Assembly (NCBI GenBank): GCA_964448705.1
Contig: CAYUZS010000003.1
Span: 9,384-73,383 of the forward strand
From: an uncultured Gammaproteobacteria bacterium
Lineage (GTDB): Bacteria > Patescibacteriota > Microgenomatia > UBA12405
DNA length: 64,000 nt
Reading direction: 5' to 3'
Every line of letters starts with the position of its first letter. The first letter of the stretch is position 1. Shown piece by piece: positions 18,702 through 28,943 of this stretch. A program made the position numbers and the translations under genes. The notes under the pieces are model-generated. The model did not search any database and had not been told where the DNA came from. It saw only the letters and a list, made by a program, of their open reading frames with translations.

Positions 18702-18935
18702 ATGTCCACTATCCAGGAAACCCTCGAATATATCATCAAAGCCATAGTTACTGATTCTTCCAGTATCGTCATTAATAGTCGGGAAGAAAACGATGTTTTA
18801 ATTATGGAAATAGAAGCCGCTCCGGAAATGATTGGCCAGATAATCGGCAAAGACGGAAAAATAATTAAATCATTACGCACTATTCTTAACCTTTCTTTTC
18901 CTAATCAAAAATATTCTCTCGACGTTAAGGGTTAA
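18702..18935 (+). CDS. khpA: KH-domain RNA-binding protein (KhpA/YlqC-like)
   Basis: KH GxxG loop (IGKDGKIIKSLR); conserved rpsP-khpA neighbourhood; 77 aa. Confidence 0.7.
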   Translation: MSTIQETLEYIIKAIVTDSSSIVINSREENDVLIMEIEAAPEMIGQIIGKDGKIIKSLRTILNLSFPNQKYSLDVKG

Positions 18936-19701
18936 ACGGATCGTTCCTTTCGTACTTCACATATTCTTTGGCAGTGTTAAATCCCGACTCGATATTACTA
19001 ATATCTTCCTGCAAAGTAAATTTGCTTAACCGGCTTATCACTGAAGTTTCTTCCGAACTCATCGTCAGATCGGCCAAAGTCAGTTTATCTATCTCAAAAG
19101 TCGAATTGTCGGTTATATAATAAGCGGCAATTCCCAAATCAATAGTGGATGTTTCGCCGGTAGTTCTCATTTTAAAGGTTGATAAAGACAAAACCGGTAG
19201 TGAATTTTCCAAACCATTAATCAATTCCAGATATCGATTAGCCGGACCGATTACTGTTAAAGTAACCGGAATGTTAGCCACTCCATTAACTTTAGAAGCC
19301 ACAGTCTCTGTCGTACTATCTTTTGAAATTTCTCCGGGGTTCACTAAAAAGCTGTTGATCTGATATCCGTAATTTGAAGCTATTTTTCCTACCATTTCCA
19401 CCAGTACGTACGAATTTTTCTCCGGTAGTAAGGCGTTAGCAATAAAGTTGGAGTTTTTGGTTAGTTCCTCTTGGTCAATTGAACTCAAATATTGTCTTTT
19501 TTGTTCCAACTGCTTTCTCTTTGAATCTATATATTTATATTGACTAGACATTTGTTGAAAATCTTTCACTTTCGGAATCAACAGGATGTTTACACTAAAA
19601 AGCATTATCAACAACAAACCCAAAACCGGCAAAAAAACCACAATCAACCCTGTTTCCACTCCGAATATTTCTTCCGGCAGCTTAACTTGTCCAATCTTCA
19701 T
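18925..19701 (-). CDS. pilO: Type IV pilus assembly protein PilO-like
   Basis: Single N-terminal transmembrane helix plus coiled coil, ~258 aa, directly downstream of pilM-pilN. Confidence 0.6.
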   Translation of the reverse strand: MKIGQVKLPEEIFGVETGLIVVFLPVLGLLLIMLFSVNILLIPKVKDFQQMSSQYKYIDSKRKQLEQKRQYLSSIDQEELTKNSNFIANALLPEKNSYVLVEMVGKIASNYGYQINSFLVNPGEISKDSTTETVASKVNGVANIPVTLTVIGPANRYLELINGLENSLPVLSLSTFKMRTTGETSTIDLGIAAYYITDNSTFEIDKLTLADLTMSSEETSVISRLSKFTLQEDISNIESGFNTAKEYVKYERNDPFNP

Positions 19702-20243
19702 TTTAAAGCCACCTCCATTGAAAAATTAAAACCTCCATTCAAATAGGTTAAACTTGTCATTTTAGCCGCACTAAATTCTTCATTTTTTCCTTTATTGATA
19801 TCCGCCATCATTGATTCAATCATATCCATATTTTCTTTCCCCATTGTAGTTGCTGATAATTTAAAACCTTGCATATTTTCCAATTCAAAATTGGTTAAAG
19901 TTACTCCCGATGGGAACAAATTAATTACCGACTCAAAAGCTTTTCCATATTCAAATCTTTTATTAAGCAGTTCTCCCACAATCTTGGCCTTATATTTCAA
20001 CCTCTGACTGGAAACTATATTATCCGTCATTGCTAAATAATCCGCCGATGCTTTCTGATACTTGGTGCTTAAGGCATTATTTCTGATTTTCATAGTTACA
20101 TTCAAAGTTAAAATTATTCCCGCCGCCGCCACCCAGACTGTTGCCATTACTACCATTATTAACCTAACCTTAGACTGTAATTTTATTTTAGTCGCCTGAA
20201 ATTTAGCTCTGGTCGGTAATAAATTCAAATCCATATTGCTCAT
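19698..20243 (-). CDS. pilN: Type IV pilus assembly protein PilN
   Basis: N-terminal LNLLP motif (MDLNLLPTR) then a transmembrane helix; 181 aa; overlaps pilM and pilO. Confidence 0.7.
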   Translation of the reverse strand: MSNMDLNLLPTRAKFQATKIKLQSKVRLIMVVMATVWVAAAGIILTLNVTMKIRNNALSTKYQKASADYLAMTDNIVSSQRLKYKAKIVGELLNKRFEYGKAFESVINLFPSGVTLTNFELENMQGFKLSATTMGKENMDMIESMMADINKGKNEEFSAAKMTSLTYLNGGFNFSMEVALK

Positions 20244-21265
20244 ATCAACCCCCTCATTGCCAAACCGGCTGCCAAAGTAAAGCGGCAGCCTTCAGTGTTC
20301 AAGTCTATCGTCAAATTAGTTTTTGTTGTTTCAATCTTTATAAACGGCTGAATCACTTGTACTTCAATTCCTAACAGTTTTGTTAATTCTTCGGCTAAAC
20401 CGGGCAAGTTTGCCCCGCCTCCACTTAGTACCAACAAATCTGCCGGCTTATTTTGGTCTTCCCTAAAAGAAGCTAAGGCTCTTCTGATCTCTTCGCCCAT
20501 ACTGGTAAAAACCGGCTGAATGGCGTTTCTGATTTTTCCTTCCAGTTCTCCGCCTTTCATTCCGTAAGCCTTTTTATATTCTTCTGCCGAGGCCATATCC
20601 AATCCCAGATTAATTGAAATTGCCCTGGTTAAAGATTCTCCTCCTACCGACATTGCTCTGGTAAAATAGACGTTTCCTTTATTTAAACTGACAATGTCAG
20701 AGTATTTTTCTCCCATATCTACGAGCAAAATTCCGGCTGTATCCGAAACAGAATTCACCAACACTCTTCGGAAAGCCACTGCCGGAGATTCCAAGGCTAC
20801 CATTTCTAAACCGGTCATTTTAAATAATTTGACGTAAGATTGGATCAAATCATTCCTCGCCGCAATTGCAAATACGGTTAACCTCCCTGCATCATCTTTT
20901 TCCACTATCTCATAATCGATCGACACCTGATCAAGAGGGTAGGGGACAAAAGTTTCCGCTTCATACTTCAAGGCATCTCTTATTTCACTGTCTTTTAATG
21001 GAGGTAATCTGATTAATCTGGAAACAACCTCATCTTCCGGCAAACAAGTCACTACTTTCTTTGCTTTTATTTTCAAATCATTCATCAAATTTTTGATTGC
21101 TGTTGCCACCTCACCTTTTTCTTTATCTGCTTTATCCTTTAACCAATCCACTCTTGGTGATTTTGATTCTCCTAAATGATCTAAAACAACTTTATCCGCC
21201 GATTTGGAAAAAGATACCAACTTAATACTGCCGACACCAATATCAATACCTAAAATATCACTCAT
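20240..21265 (-). CDS. pilM: Type IV pilus assembly ATPase-fold protein PilM
   Basis: Actin-like fold start MSDILGIDIGVGSIKLV; 341 aa. Confidence 0.85.
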   Translation of the reverse strand: MSDILGIDIGVGSIKLVSFSKSADKVVLDHLGESKSPRVDWLKDKADKEKGEVATAIKNLMNDLKIKAKKVVTCLPEDEVVSRLIRLPPLKDSEIRDALKYEAETFVPYPLDQVSIDYEIVEKDDAGRLTVFAIAARNDLIQSYVKLFKMTGLEMVALESPAVAFRRVLVNSVSDTAGILLVDMGEKYSDIVSLNKGNVYFTRAMSVGGESLTRAISINLGLDMASAEEYKKAYGMKGGELEGKIRNAIQPVFTSMGEEIRRALASFREDQNKPADLLVLSGGGANLPGLAEELTKLLGIEVQVIQPFIKIETTKTNLTIDLNTEGCRFTLAAGLAMRGLI

Positions 21266-21288
21266 TCATTCAGTATAAACATTTCTGA

Positions 21289-22107
21289 TTAGTTACTCAA
21301 TACATTTCCGCCGGCAGTTACTGCCTCAAGCATAAAAGCCGGAACTTGATATTGATTAACCATATTTATTGTCCGACTGGCATTAGCTGTCGCCCCCGCA
21401 GACACATCTCCTGCTTTTCCTGTAGAACTGATTTCCAAAGCCTGATCCGGAAAACTATTACCTCCGTTGGCTACCACCACAATATTTGTATCACCTTCAA
21501 TCGGTTTTATTACCAAAAGTAGGGGAGTCCCGGACGGCAAACCGCTCAAAGGTATTGATTTTCTCCCTGAAGAACAGCTATTGTCGGTAGGATTAACATT
21601 ATCAAATCCGCTAACCCGACCTCCCGTAGAGACATTAAATCCACTTCGGTAGACCCAGTAAGTCGTACCGCTTAAGTAAAAGTAATCAACTTTCAAGGCT
21701 CCATTAAAATTGTTGTTAACACAGACATTAAATGTTGATCCCGCCATATTCACTGAAGTGTCAATCGATCCGTCATCATGATGTCCCACCAACCAGGTAT
21801 AGCTACTGTGATTACGTAATGTAACTTCGTCTAAATCAAATGTCTGGCTGCCACCACCAATTTCATTTATTTTAACCGTCGCTGTGCTTTTATTATCCGA
21901 AGCCACATAATCGGTTCTACCGGTCACCAGGTAATAATCTATTCCCGATTCTGCCGCATTAAATGCTTGTTTCAATAATTCCTGATCGGTGGTGATTTTT
22001 GTATCTACCGTCGATTTTTTAGATACTGATAAACCAATTGTCATCACTATTGCTGATACTATCAGCACAATCAACGCTACTTGTCCTTTGGATTTTTCGA
22101 TATTCAT
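21289..22107 (-). CDS. PilX-like pilus assembly protein (membrane-anchored, Gly/Ser/Thr-rich ectodomain)
   Basis: N-terminus KGQVALIVLIVSAIVMTIGLS resembles PilX_N-type pseudopilin anchors but lacks the Glu at +5; 272 aa. Confidence 0.4.
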   Translation of the reverse strand: MNIEKSKGQVALIVLIVSAIVMTIGLSVSKKSTVDTKITTDQELLKQAFNAAESGIDYYLVTGRTDYVASDNKSTATVKINEIGGGSQTFDLDEVTLRNHSSYTWLVGHHDDGSIDTSVNMAGSTFNVCVNNNFNGALKVDYFYLSGTTYWVYRSGFNVSTGGRVSGFDNVNPTDNSCSSGRKSIPLSGLPSGTPLLLVIKPIEGDTNIVVVANGGNSFPDQALEISSTGKAGDVSAGATANASRTINMVNQYQVPAFMLEAVTAGGNVLSN

Positions 22108-22109
22108 TT

Positions 22110-24662
22110 TTATTTTCCTTGTGACCAGCTAACCAATATTTTTGATAGTCTTTGCGGCATATTAAAGATGAAATCCGGCCGATATGAAACCAAAGTTGCC
22201 GGACTGTCATTATTATCTACCATTGTGGTATAACCGCGATTTAGTCTAATTGTAGTTGGAGAATACAAGATTCCGTTAATTCTTAATTGAGTATTGTTTG
22301 TCCCTCCGGCAGTAATTCCCTGATCTGCCGCCAAAATTCCCTCAGTTCTGGTTACCGACTGATCAATCGTAATTGTTCCCGAAGAGACAATCATCAAAAA
22401 TGATCCCGGATTAACCGTATTATTACTGGTTATATTAACGTTTCCATCCACCAACACCACTCCTGTTCCTCCAGTCATACTTACTATTTGGCTCATCGTG
22501 GTTGCTGTCGGAATAGTAAATCCTAACCCCAGCTTCGCAAAATAATTTCCGTAAATATAATCATAGCCAAAATTATCATTAACCACATCGCCGGCATAAC
22601 TCCAATTTTTCGGATTACCATAACTGCAGTTTCCACTTAAAGAGCATCCGGAATTGTTGGAAATTGAAGGAGCAGACACTAAACCGTTGGTGGCACTACC
22701 GGCAGATATCGACATTGCCGGAGTACAACCGGAACTTAAAGCGCATGTTTCCGGAATCATCTCTGTGATCGACGATTTAGAAAACAACCCGCCCCCGCTC
22801 ACTTGAAACCATGGTTCCTGATCTCTGATGGCCGAAAAATCTATCCGCAGTGTAGGTGTTGCCGAATAGGGATCTACCAACGATTCGGTAATTTGATTGC
22901 TCGGACCGCATAAAACATTGTTCCCGACCCCAACCCATCTGGTAACCACATTGCTTGCCTGCAAATCATCGTTTGGTTGAACCACATAAGTTTGCCCCCA
23001 AGTTATTCCTATTCCGGAATAATAATTGTTGCCGACAGCATTCGCCGTCGACTCCAAAGTGCTGTTTCTGGTAATTCTTACTTGGGTAAAATTCATTTCC
23101 GGTGACGCCAAAACGTCAAAACCAACTCCGGTCGAACAAACCGCACCTGCAGCTTGATTGGAACTATCGTACATATTACCGCTTAAAGCCACCTGGCAAT
23201 CCCAAACCCGCAAATATCGATTGGAATTAACCCAGCCACTGTCTCCGCCGTACTGATCCACTCCTCGTATTTCCATCGCGTAAGTAGCGTTAGGAAATGA
23301 ATTTCCTAAATTAACCCAGAAAGTAACCGTACGTGAATTGGCTCCGGCAGTTCCCACAGTCACCGGTGTACTTCCCCACGTTGCTCCGCCGCTGCCGGAG
23401 ATAGTTGTTGTTGGAGTACCGTTAATTCCACTTACTCCGATTGTCATCGGTATATTTCCGCTGTTGCTCAATCTTAAATACACTGCATTTATCTGGCTTC
23501 CGCCATTAATATCATTATCGTTAATCGTTACCTGAAATCTAAGTGCCCTGGAACCGCCAAAATCAGTGTCGCAAATATGGTTTCCGGAAACACCTAAACT
23601 TCCCATATTTTCACTTGGAATGGTTATTGTTCCCGGATTATTTATGATGACAATCGGATTACTCCCGATAAATGGGGCAGTATTTATCATAAAATATCCG
23701 TTTACCGAAGCTGTGCCGACATCTTCACCACCGTAAGAAGCACAGGTATTGTTCACCGGCACCACGTACCATCGATAGAGAACTCCCGTAGATAATGTTC
23801 CGGTAGTAACCGATGTCCCGGTGACATTAGTGTTGCTCCATACCGTTGATCCACTAGTATTGTTGATTAAATAAACCCGATAATAATCTGTCAAACTACT
23901 GGTACCTGTCCAGCTTAAAGTTGCCGTCGTTCCCGAAGCTGAATAAGGACTTGTCGAAGTTCCGTTATAAGGTCCGTTTAATGTCGGTGCCGTCGGCCCG
24001 CCATTATCATTATTGGCACAAGATCCGGATGCAACTCCGGTACAAGTTCCACCACATAAAGCACCTGTACAGGTTGCATTCACCGTTTGTCCACAAAGTA
24101 GAGTACATGAAGGTAAAGGTCCGTAAGTCCCACTTACAGCACAACTTGGTGCTGATCCTGGGCAAGAACCACCACAGGATGCTCCATTACAAGTTCTAGT
24201 ACAACTGCTATTACAGGCCGACCATGTTCCATTAGTTGATCCTCTGGTTCCGGCACAAGTGCCGCCGCAACCATCACTGCAGGTACTCCCGCTGCAAGTG
24301 TTGGATGCACAAGAACAGTTTGGATAACATACTGAACAACCACTATCCGTATATGTTCTGACACTATTTTGAGTAGAGCAAATTGTCCCGGATTGGGTGC
24401 AGGGATTAATTCGAGTTTCTGAGTATCTTAAACAACTTCCTCCTTCCCAGTTACAAGAATCAGTGGAAGTGCTTTCAGCCATTTGACAAAGTGAATATTC
24501 ATAATAATCGTCGTACATACAATTACCTGTCCATACATTATAAGATCCACCACCACCGCAACTCTGGGCAAAAACATCCCCGGACTTTACAAAAAAAAGA
24601 GATAGTACCACTGATAATATAATTACCAGCTGAAATCCAATTGATTTGCGCGACATGGACAC
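22110..24662 (-). CDS. Large secreted Cys-rich, Gly/Thr/Ser-rich protein, putative pilus-associated adhesin
   Basis: Signal peptide; ~150-aa block with dozens of Cys (CSVCYPNCSCASNTCSGSTCSDGCGGTCAG...), then long beta-rich Thr/Ser/Gly/Asn region; 850 aa; inside the pilus operon. Confidence 0.5.
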   Translation of the reverse strand: MSMSRKSIGFQLVIILSVVLSLFFVKSGDVFAQSCGGGGSYNVWTGNCMYDDYYEYSLCQMAESTSTDSCNWEGGSCLRYSETRINPCTQSGTICSTQNSVRTYTDSGCSVCYPNCSCASNTCSGSTCSDGCGGTCAGTRGSTNGTWSACNSSCTRTCNGASCGGSCPGSAPSCAVSGTYGPLPSCTLLCGQTVNATCTGALCGGTCTGVASGSCANNDNGGPTAPTLNGPYNGTSTSPYSASGTTATLSWTGTSSLTDYYRVYLINNTSGSTVWSNTNVTGTSVTTGTLSTGVLYRWYVVPVNNTCASYGGEDVGTASVNGYFMINTAPFIGSNPIVIINNPGTITIPSENMGSLGVSGNHICDTDFGGSRALRFQVTINDNDINGGSQINAVYLRLSNSGNIPMTIGVSGINGTPTTTISGSGGATWGSTPVTVGTAGANSRTVTFWVNLGNSFPNATYAMEIRGVDQYGGDSGWVNSNRYLRVWDCQVALSGNMYDSSNQAAGAVCSTGVGFDVLASPEMNFTQVRITRNSTLESTANAVGNNYYSGIGITWGQTYVVQPNDDLQASNVVTRWVGVGNNVLCGPSNQITESLVDPYSATPTLRIDFSAIRDQEPWFQVSGGGLFSKSSITEMIPETCALSSGCTPAMSISAGSATNGLVSAPSISNNSGCSLSGNCSYGNPKNWSYAGDVVNDNFGYDYIYGNYFAKLGLGFTIPTATTMSQIVSMTGGTGVVLVDGNVNITSNNTVNPGSFLMIVSSGTITIDQSVTRTEGILAADQGITAGGTNNTQLRINGILYSPTTIRLNRGYTTMVDNNDSPATLVSYRPDFIFNMPQRLSKILVSWSQGK

Positions 24663-25231
24663 GTTTCATCAACATTTAACTCAAAACTTTCTCCTTTCAA
24701 CCAAGACAACAACTGTATATTTCCTGCAGAACAGTAACCTCTATCACCAGAAGTCATCATCAATGCCACCACCTGTTTTCCGATCGGTAATGTTGCTTTT
24801 ACTGTTTCAAAATCATCGGTAGCCACTGTCAAGAATTTTGCGTTATCGTAATCCTTTTTTTTAAAATCTCTGCTTACGTAATTTGTTGTTCCAATTCTTC
24901 CCATGTATCCACTAATTTGCATATCAACAGTTTTTTCCTCACCTAATTTATTTTTTATTTTAAGGCCAAGAAAAGCGTCTGTTCCTTTTAAATACAAATT
25001 ATCTATTACACCGACAACTTCATACACACCAGTATATTCATCATACAAACCGCAGTCTATTTCTATCCCGTCTTTTTGATAATAATCACATTTCAGAACC
25101 TCTTTTGCCGGTTCATTATTAGTATTAACTACTATTTCTTTTCTTTGCCTATTCAAATTCAAAAAGAAAATCGACAACCCGACAACAAACAATAATAAAA
25201 CAAACAATATCTTCCTATAATCGCTACTCAT
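24623..25231 (-). CDS. Hypothetical membrane-anchored protein (202 aa)
   Basis: N-terminal transmembrane helix; within the pilus operon. Confidence 0.4.
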   Translation of the reverse strand: MSSDYRKILFVLLLFVVGLSIFFLNLNRQRKEIVVNTNNEPAKEVLKCDYYQKDGIEIDCGLYDEYTGVYEVVGVIDNLYLKGTDAFLGLKIKNKLGEEKTVDMQISGYMGRIGTTNYVSRDFKKKDYDNAKFLTVATDDFETVKATLPIGKQVVALMMTSGDRGYCSAGNIQLLSWLKGESFELNVDETCPCRANQLDFSW

Positions 25232-25251
25232 CAGTAAAATAATAGCAGATT

Positions 25252-26931
25252 CTAGTTCGAGGAAGTAAAGATATTACTCAAAATCGGTAGAAAGTTTATA
25301 TCAATATTAGCGTTATTCATTCCTTCTACAAATTGATCAAGTGAATCGATTGTCATTCCCAAGTTCCTCATCGAGTCATAATCTTCATTCCCAAGGGCTA
25401 AAGTGTTTGCTTGTCCATTTCCAATTCTAGATAGCAAATACATGTCTACTCTTAATCCTCTCTGTTTAACAGACATATCGTAAATAACCCCATAAAAAAA
25501 GGATTCTGTTGGAGGATTCATTCCATATATAAAAACCTGATTAGGATGCAGATAATCAAAAATATAACCTTCTTCGGAATCTTTGTCAGGAACACCGGCA
25601 GGGTTGGAACCGGGAGTTAAAACATAAGGAGAATCATATAGTACCGGACCTTTCATTTCTTCTAAAGTAAAGAACCTGCCGCCGTCCGGTAAGCTTCCGG
25701 CTCTTGTTGAAGCAAAATGTTCCATTGAACCGTCTGTATACACAAAATCACCTCCCACAATCACCGGCACTACCGTTCCATTTTCAATTCCGACAAAAGC
25801 AATATCATATTTTATTTTTCTTCCGTCCTTAAGCGCTTCATTTACTCTGTCACTTAGTATCTTCAGTTCGTCAGATAAATCTCTATTATATTCCTCCGGA
25901 GGTTTGTATCCCTGATAGTTCGGTGTTATTTCTGTTGGAAAACCTGATAAAACTTTCATTCCCCCAAGATAAACCACTTGCCCCATGTATCCAGTAAGAT
26001 TATTTGAATAAGAACCAGGTATCTCATTTCGAATAACCACCTTTCCCAAATCTTTTCCCCAATCAGGTTCACTTACACTCAATGGTTGATATGATGTCTG
26101 ACCATTGACCCAATTATCGATGTTTTCTTTAGTACCGTCTATTATTTCTAATACTTCCGGTTTGCTTTCCTGGACCACTTCTGGTGTCACTTCCACAGTT
26201 GGCTCAACTGTCACTATTGTCGGTGCTACTGATTCTGTCGGGGTTATTTCACCCGACTGAGCAGACACTTCTTTCACTCCAAATTCAGCAATAAAATTAT
26301 CAAATGCCCTTCTGGCAGGGGATTGCAGAGTTCCAGAAGTATCATCAGAAATAACAACATCGTTGCCGTCTGGGTCAATCACCACCAGTTTCTGGTGAAT
26401 AACATTGTCTTTATCCACCTCCGAAAAAGAAGAAGCTAGTTCCTTAAAATTTTTCGGATTTCCTGCTGCATCCAATTGATATGAAACCAATGATTCAATT
26501 GGTAAATCGGTTAACTTATCCTTTCCTTTCAATAAACCCACTAATTCTTTTACTCTCTTCTCATTTGGATCTACCTTAATTGATTCAGTGGCTCCCAAAT
26601 GGACATTATTTGAAATGCCTTCATCATCACTTACTGTACAAAACATTCTAGCAAACGGTTTTTCACTTTTGACATTCCATATTACCGGATTAGACACTTT
26701 TAAGTCCGGATATTGTATCTGGCAGATTTCCAAAACTTTGTCCAAATCCTGTGTTTTGTTCTGTTCGTTAAACACCTCTAAAGTCACTTTTGATAAACCC
26801 GGCTCTGACGTTGGAGTTGGTTCAGTTAACCCTTCAACCGGAGTTGCCGAATTAACCGGAGAACAACCGTTTAATAATGTGCCTCCAACAATAATACCTG
26901 CAATCGCTGCTTCTATTTTTTTCATTGGCAT
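25252..26931 (-). CDS. Putative lipoprotein (559 aa)
   Basis: Signal peptide with lipobox-like LLNGC; no recognisable catalytic motif. Confidence 0.5.
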   Translation of the reverse strand: MPMKKIEAAIAGIIVGGTLLNGCSPVNSATPVEGLTEPTPTSEPGLSKVTLEVFNEQNKTQDLDKVLEICQIQYPDLKVSNPVIWNVKSEKPFARMFCTVSDDEGISNNVHLGATESIKVDPNEKRVKELVGLLKGKDKLTDLPIESLVSYQLDAAGNPKNFKELASSFSEVDKDNVIHQKLVVIDPDGNDVVISDDTSGTLQSPARRAFDNFIAEFGVKEVSAQSGEITPTESVAPTIVTVEPTVEVTPEVVQESKPEVLEIIDGTKENIDNWVNGQTSYQPLSVSEPDWGKDLGKVVIRNEIPGSYSNNLTGYMGQVVYLGGMKVLSGFPTEITPNYQGYKPPEEYNRDLSDELKILSDRVNEALKDGRKIKYDIAFVGIENGTVVPVIVGGDFVYTDGSMEHFASTRAGSLPDGGRFFTLEEMKGPVLYDSPYVLTPGSNPAGVPDKDSEEGYIFDYLHPNQVFIYGMNPPTESFFYGVIYDMSVKQRGLRVDMYLLSRIGNGQANTLALGNEDYDSMRNLGMTIDSLDQFVEGMNNANIDINFLPILSNIFTSSN

Positions 26932-27086
26932 TTTTTATTACAAATAGAACCTATAATATGAATACATTATATCATCTACAGGGACAAAGTCAATTTTTAT
27001 CCTATCCCATAGTAAAATATACATATCAGTTACACATGTCGTTCTTATCAAACTAATTCTTTACGGACTGACAAACATTTTTCTGT

Positions 27087-28943
27087 CTATTGGCTGATAT
27101 TATCAACTGCTTTTACCATCTCCTCATCCCAAGGCAGAGAATTGTCATTATCAATAATTTCCAGATGATCATTACAATCCGGTAGAGAATATATATTTTT
27201 TGAACACTCATCTCTCAAAACCCTCTTCGCCTCATCTATCTTTCCGTCGGCTTTATAGACATACGCCAGTTCCACATAAAAAATACTCCAACGGTGCGAA
27301 ACTCTAGCCGCCAAGTCCAGATATCTTAAAGACGTCTCTCTTTGGCCGTTATCCCATTCTACTTTTGCCTGATGATAGAGCATTTTTGCCATAGGCATCG
27401 TCTCTGCCGTCGTCCAGTCATCAAAGTTTATATTATTCTCAATCAACTCCAACAAATAATTTATTTTTTGAGTCTGATTGCTGGCAAAATAATATCTAAG
27501 TAACATATAGTAATAATTAAAATTATTTTTCGGATCAATTTTAAACAGTTCATAGAAATATATTTCTGATTTAGGCAATGGATTCACAGAAATTAATCTT
27601 TGATAAAGATAAGCATTATTTTTGAACAATTTTATAGTTTGGGGGGTATCTTCATCAATCAACATCAGCCTCGATCTTAATTCCAAAGGATTTATTTTGA
27701 TTGCCAGACGATAGTTACCTCCTGAATATAAAATATCAGAAACAACTATTGTTGTTCCCAGAAAAAATATTAAAAGTGAACCAAAAACTGTCAGTTTCAG
27801 GAAAAATTTATTATTTTTTGTAACGACACCATACAACGCAGGTACTTTCCAAAAAACAAATATTAAAGACAATAAAAATATCCCCGGAAAATACCAAGTT
27901 GAGTCCAATAAAGTGTTTAATATCGCCCCCAAACTAACCGCAAATAACAAATTATTGTTTTTGTATTGATAAAGCAAAGAAAATCCAACAACCCCAAACA
28001 ATAATATTGTAAAAATAAGTCCATTTTCCGACAAAAATTGCCAAAAAGAACTGTAAGCGTAATTAGCAAACATTTTTGTCGAGTTTCTTGTTTGTCTATT
28101 AATTACACTAAAAGTTGATGGTCCGTTGCCGACAATCGGAGATCTTTGAAAACCAATCAATGCCTCTCTCCATGATTCAAGCCTGGTACCATCAAACGTT
28201 TTTTGTGGTTTTTGATTATTTACTACCGAGATAAATATCTTTCCCAACATAACTGCTAAAAATATGATTAAAAACCATTTTATTATTAAAGTAAATTTAT
28301 TCCTCATTTTTAATACTGTTAATCCACATACAGTTGAAATAATTGCTGATCTATAATCCGTAAAATATAGCGTTATCGACAACAATATCAGAATAGGTAA
28401 AAAATATAAATAATTTTTTATCCCTATTTTTGAAACCACAATAATAATTGAAAAAACAAGCAATAAACCCAAACTACTATGTCCCCAAATTTGTAAAATA
28501 AAGTTGTCACCTAAATCCACTATCGGGAGAGTAATTACCTGAAACTTAGACAAAACCATAATTATGGAAAAAATGACCGAAGAAATAATCACCGTATAAA
28601 ACAGACGCTCTATTTTTTTTATATAAAGACAACTGATGTTCAATAGAATCATCACTGTTACAAAATTAACTAAAAGATAATAAGAAACACCTATATTTAG
28701 AGAAAAAATAGAAGATAAAAAGTACATTGCTACCAATAATAATTGGATAATCAGTAATAAGTTTGAATAAACATTATTAGTTTTTTTTCCGGATAAATAC
28801 CATAAAAACAAAAAAAACAACGGCCCCATATAGAAATAAAATCTTTCCCGACCATATATACCAACACCCAAAAGTGGTAGACCTCCTAAATATCCCAAAA
28901 ACAACCACTCCTGCCAATTGTTCAGCAATTTTCTTAACCCCAT
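27087..28943 (-). CDS. O-antigen ligase (Wzy_C) family polytopic membrane protein with C-terminal TPR repeats; candidate pilin O-oligosaccharyltransferase (TfpO/PglL-like)
   Basis: ~10 transmembrane segments; Wzy_C loop signature RLESWREALIGFQRSPIVGNGPSTF then AYSSFWQFLSENGLIF (family-typical His appears replaced by Tyr); C-terminal soluble TPR-like domain; sits between pilin genes and the adhesin-like genes. Confidence 0.55.
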   Translation of the reverse strand: MGLRKLLNNWQEWLFLGYLGGLPLLGVGIYGRERFYFYMGPLFFLFLWYLSGKKTNNVYSNLLLIIQLLLVAMYFLSSIFSLNIGVSYYLLVNFVTVMILLNISCLYIKKIERLFYTVIISSVIFSIIMVLSKFQVITLPIVDLGDNFILQIWGHSSLGLLLVFSIIIVVSKIGIKNYLYFLPILILLSITLYFTDYRSAIISTVCGLTVLKMRNKFTLIIKWFLIIFLAVMLGKIFISVVNNQKPQKTFDGTRLESWREALIGFQRSPIVGNGPSTFSVINRQTRNSTKMFANYAYSSFWQFLSENGLIFTILLFGVVGFSLLYQYKNNNLLFAVSLGAILNTLLDSTWYFPGIFLLSLIFVFWKVPALYGVVTKNNKFFLKLTVFGSLLIFFLGTTIVVSDILYSGGNYRLAIKINPLELRSRLMLIDEDTPQTIKLFKNNAYLYQRLISVNPLPKSEIYFYELFKIDPKNNFNYYYMLLRYYFASNQTQKINYLLELIENNINFDDWTTAETMPMAKMLYHQAKVEWDNGQRETSLRYLDLAARVSHRWSIFYVELAYVYKADGKIDEAKRVLRDECSKNIYSLPDCNDHLEIIDNDNSLPWDEEMVKAVDNISQ

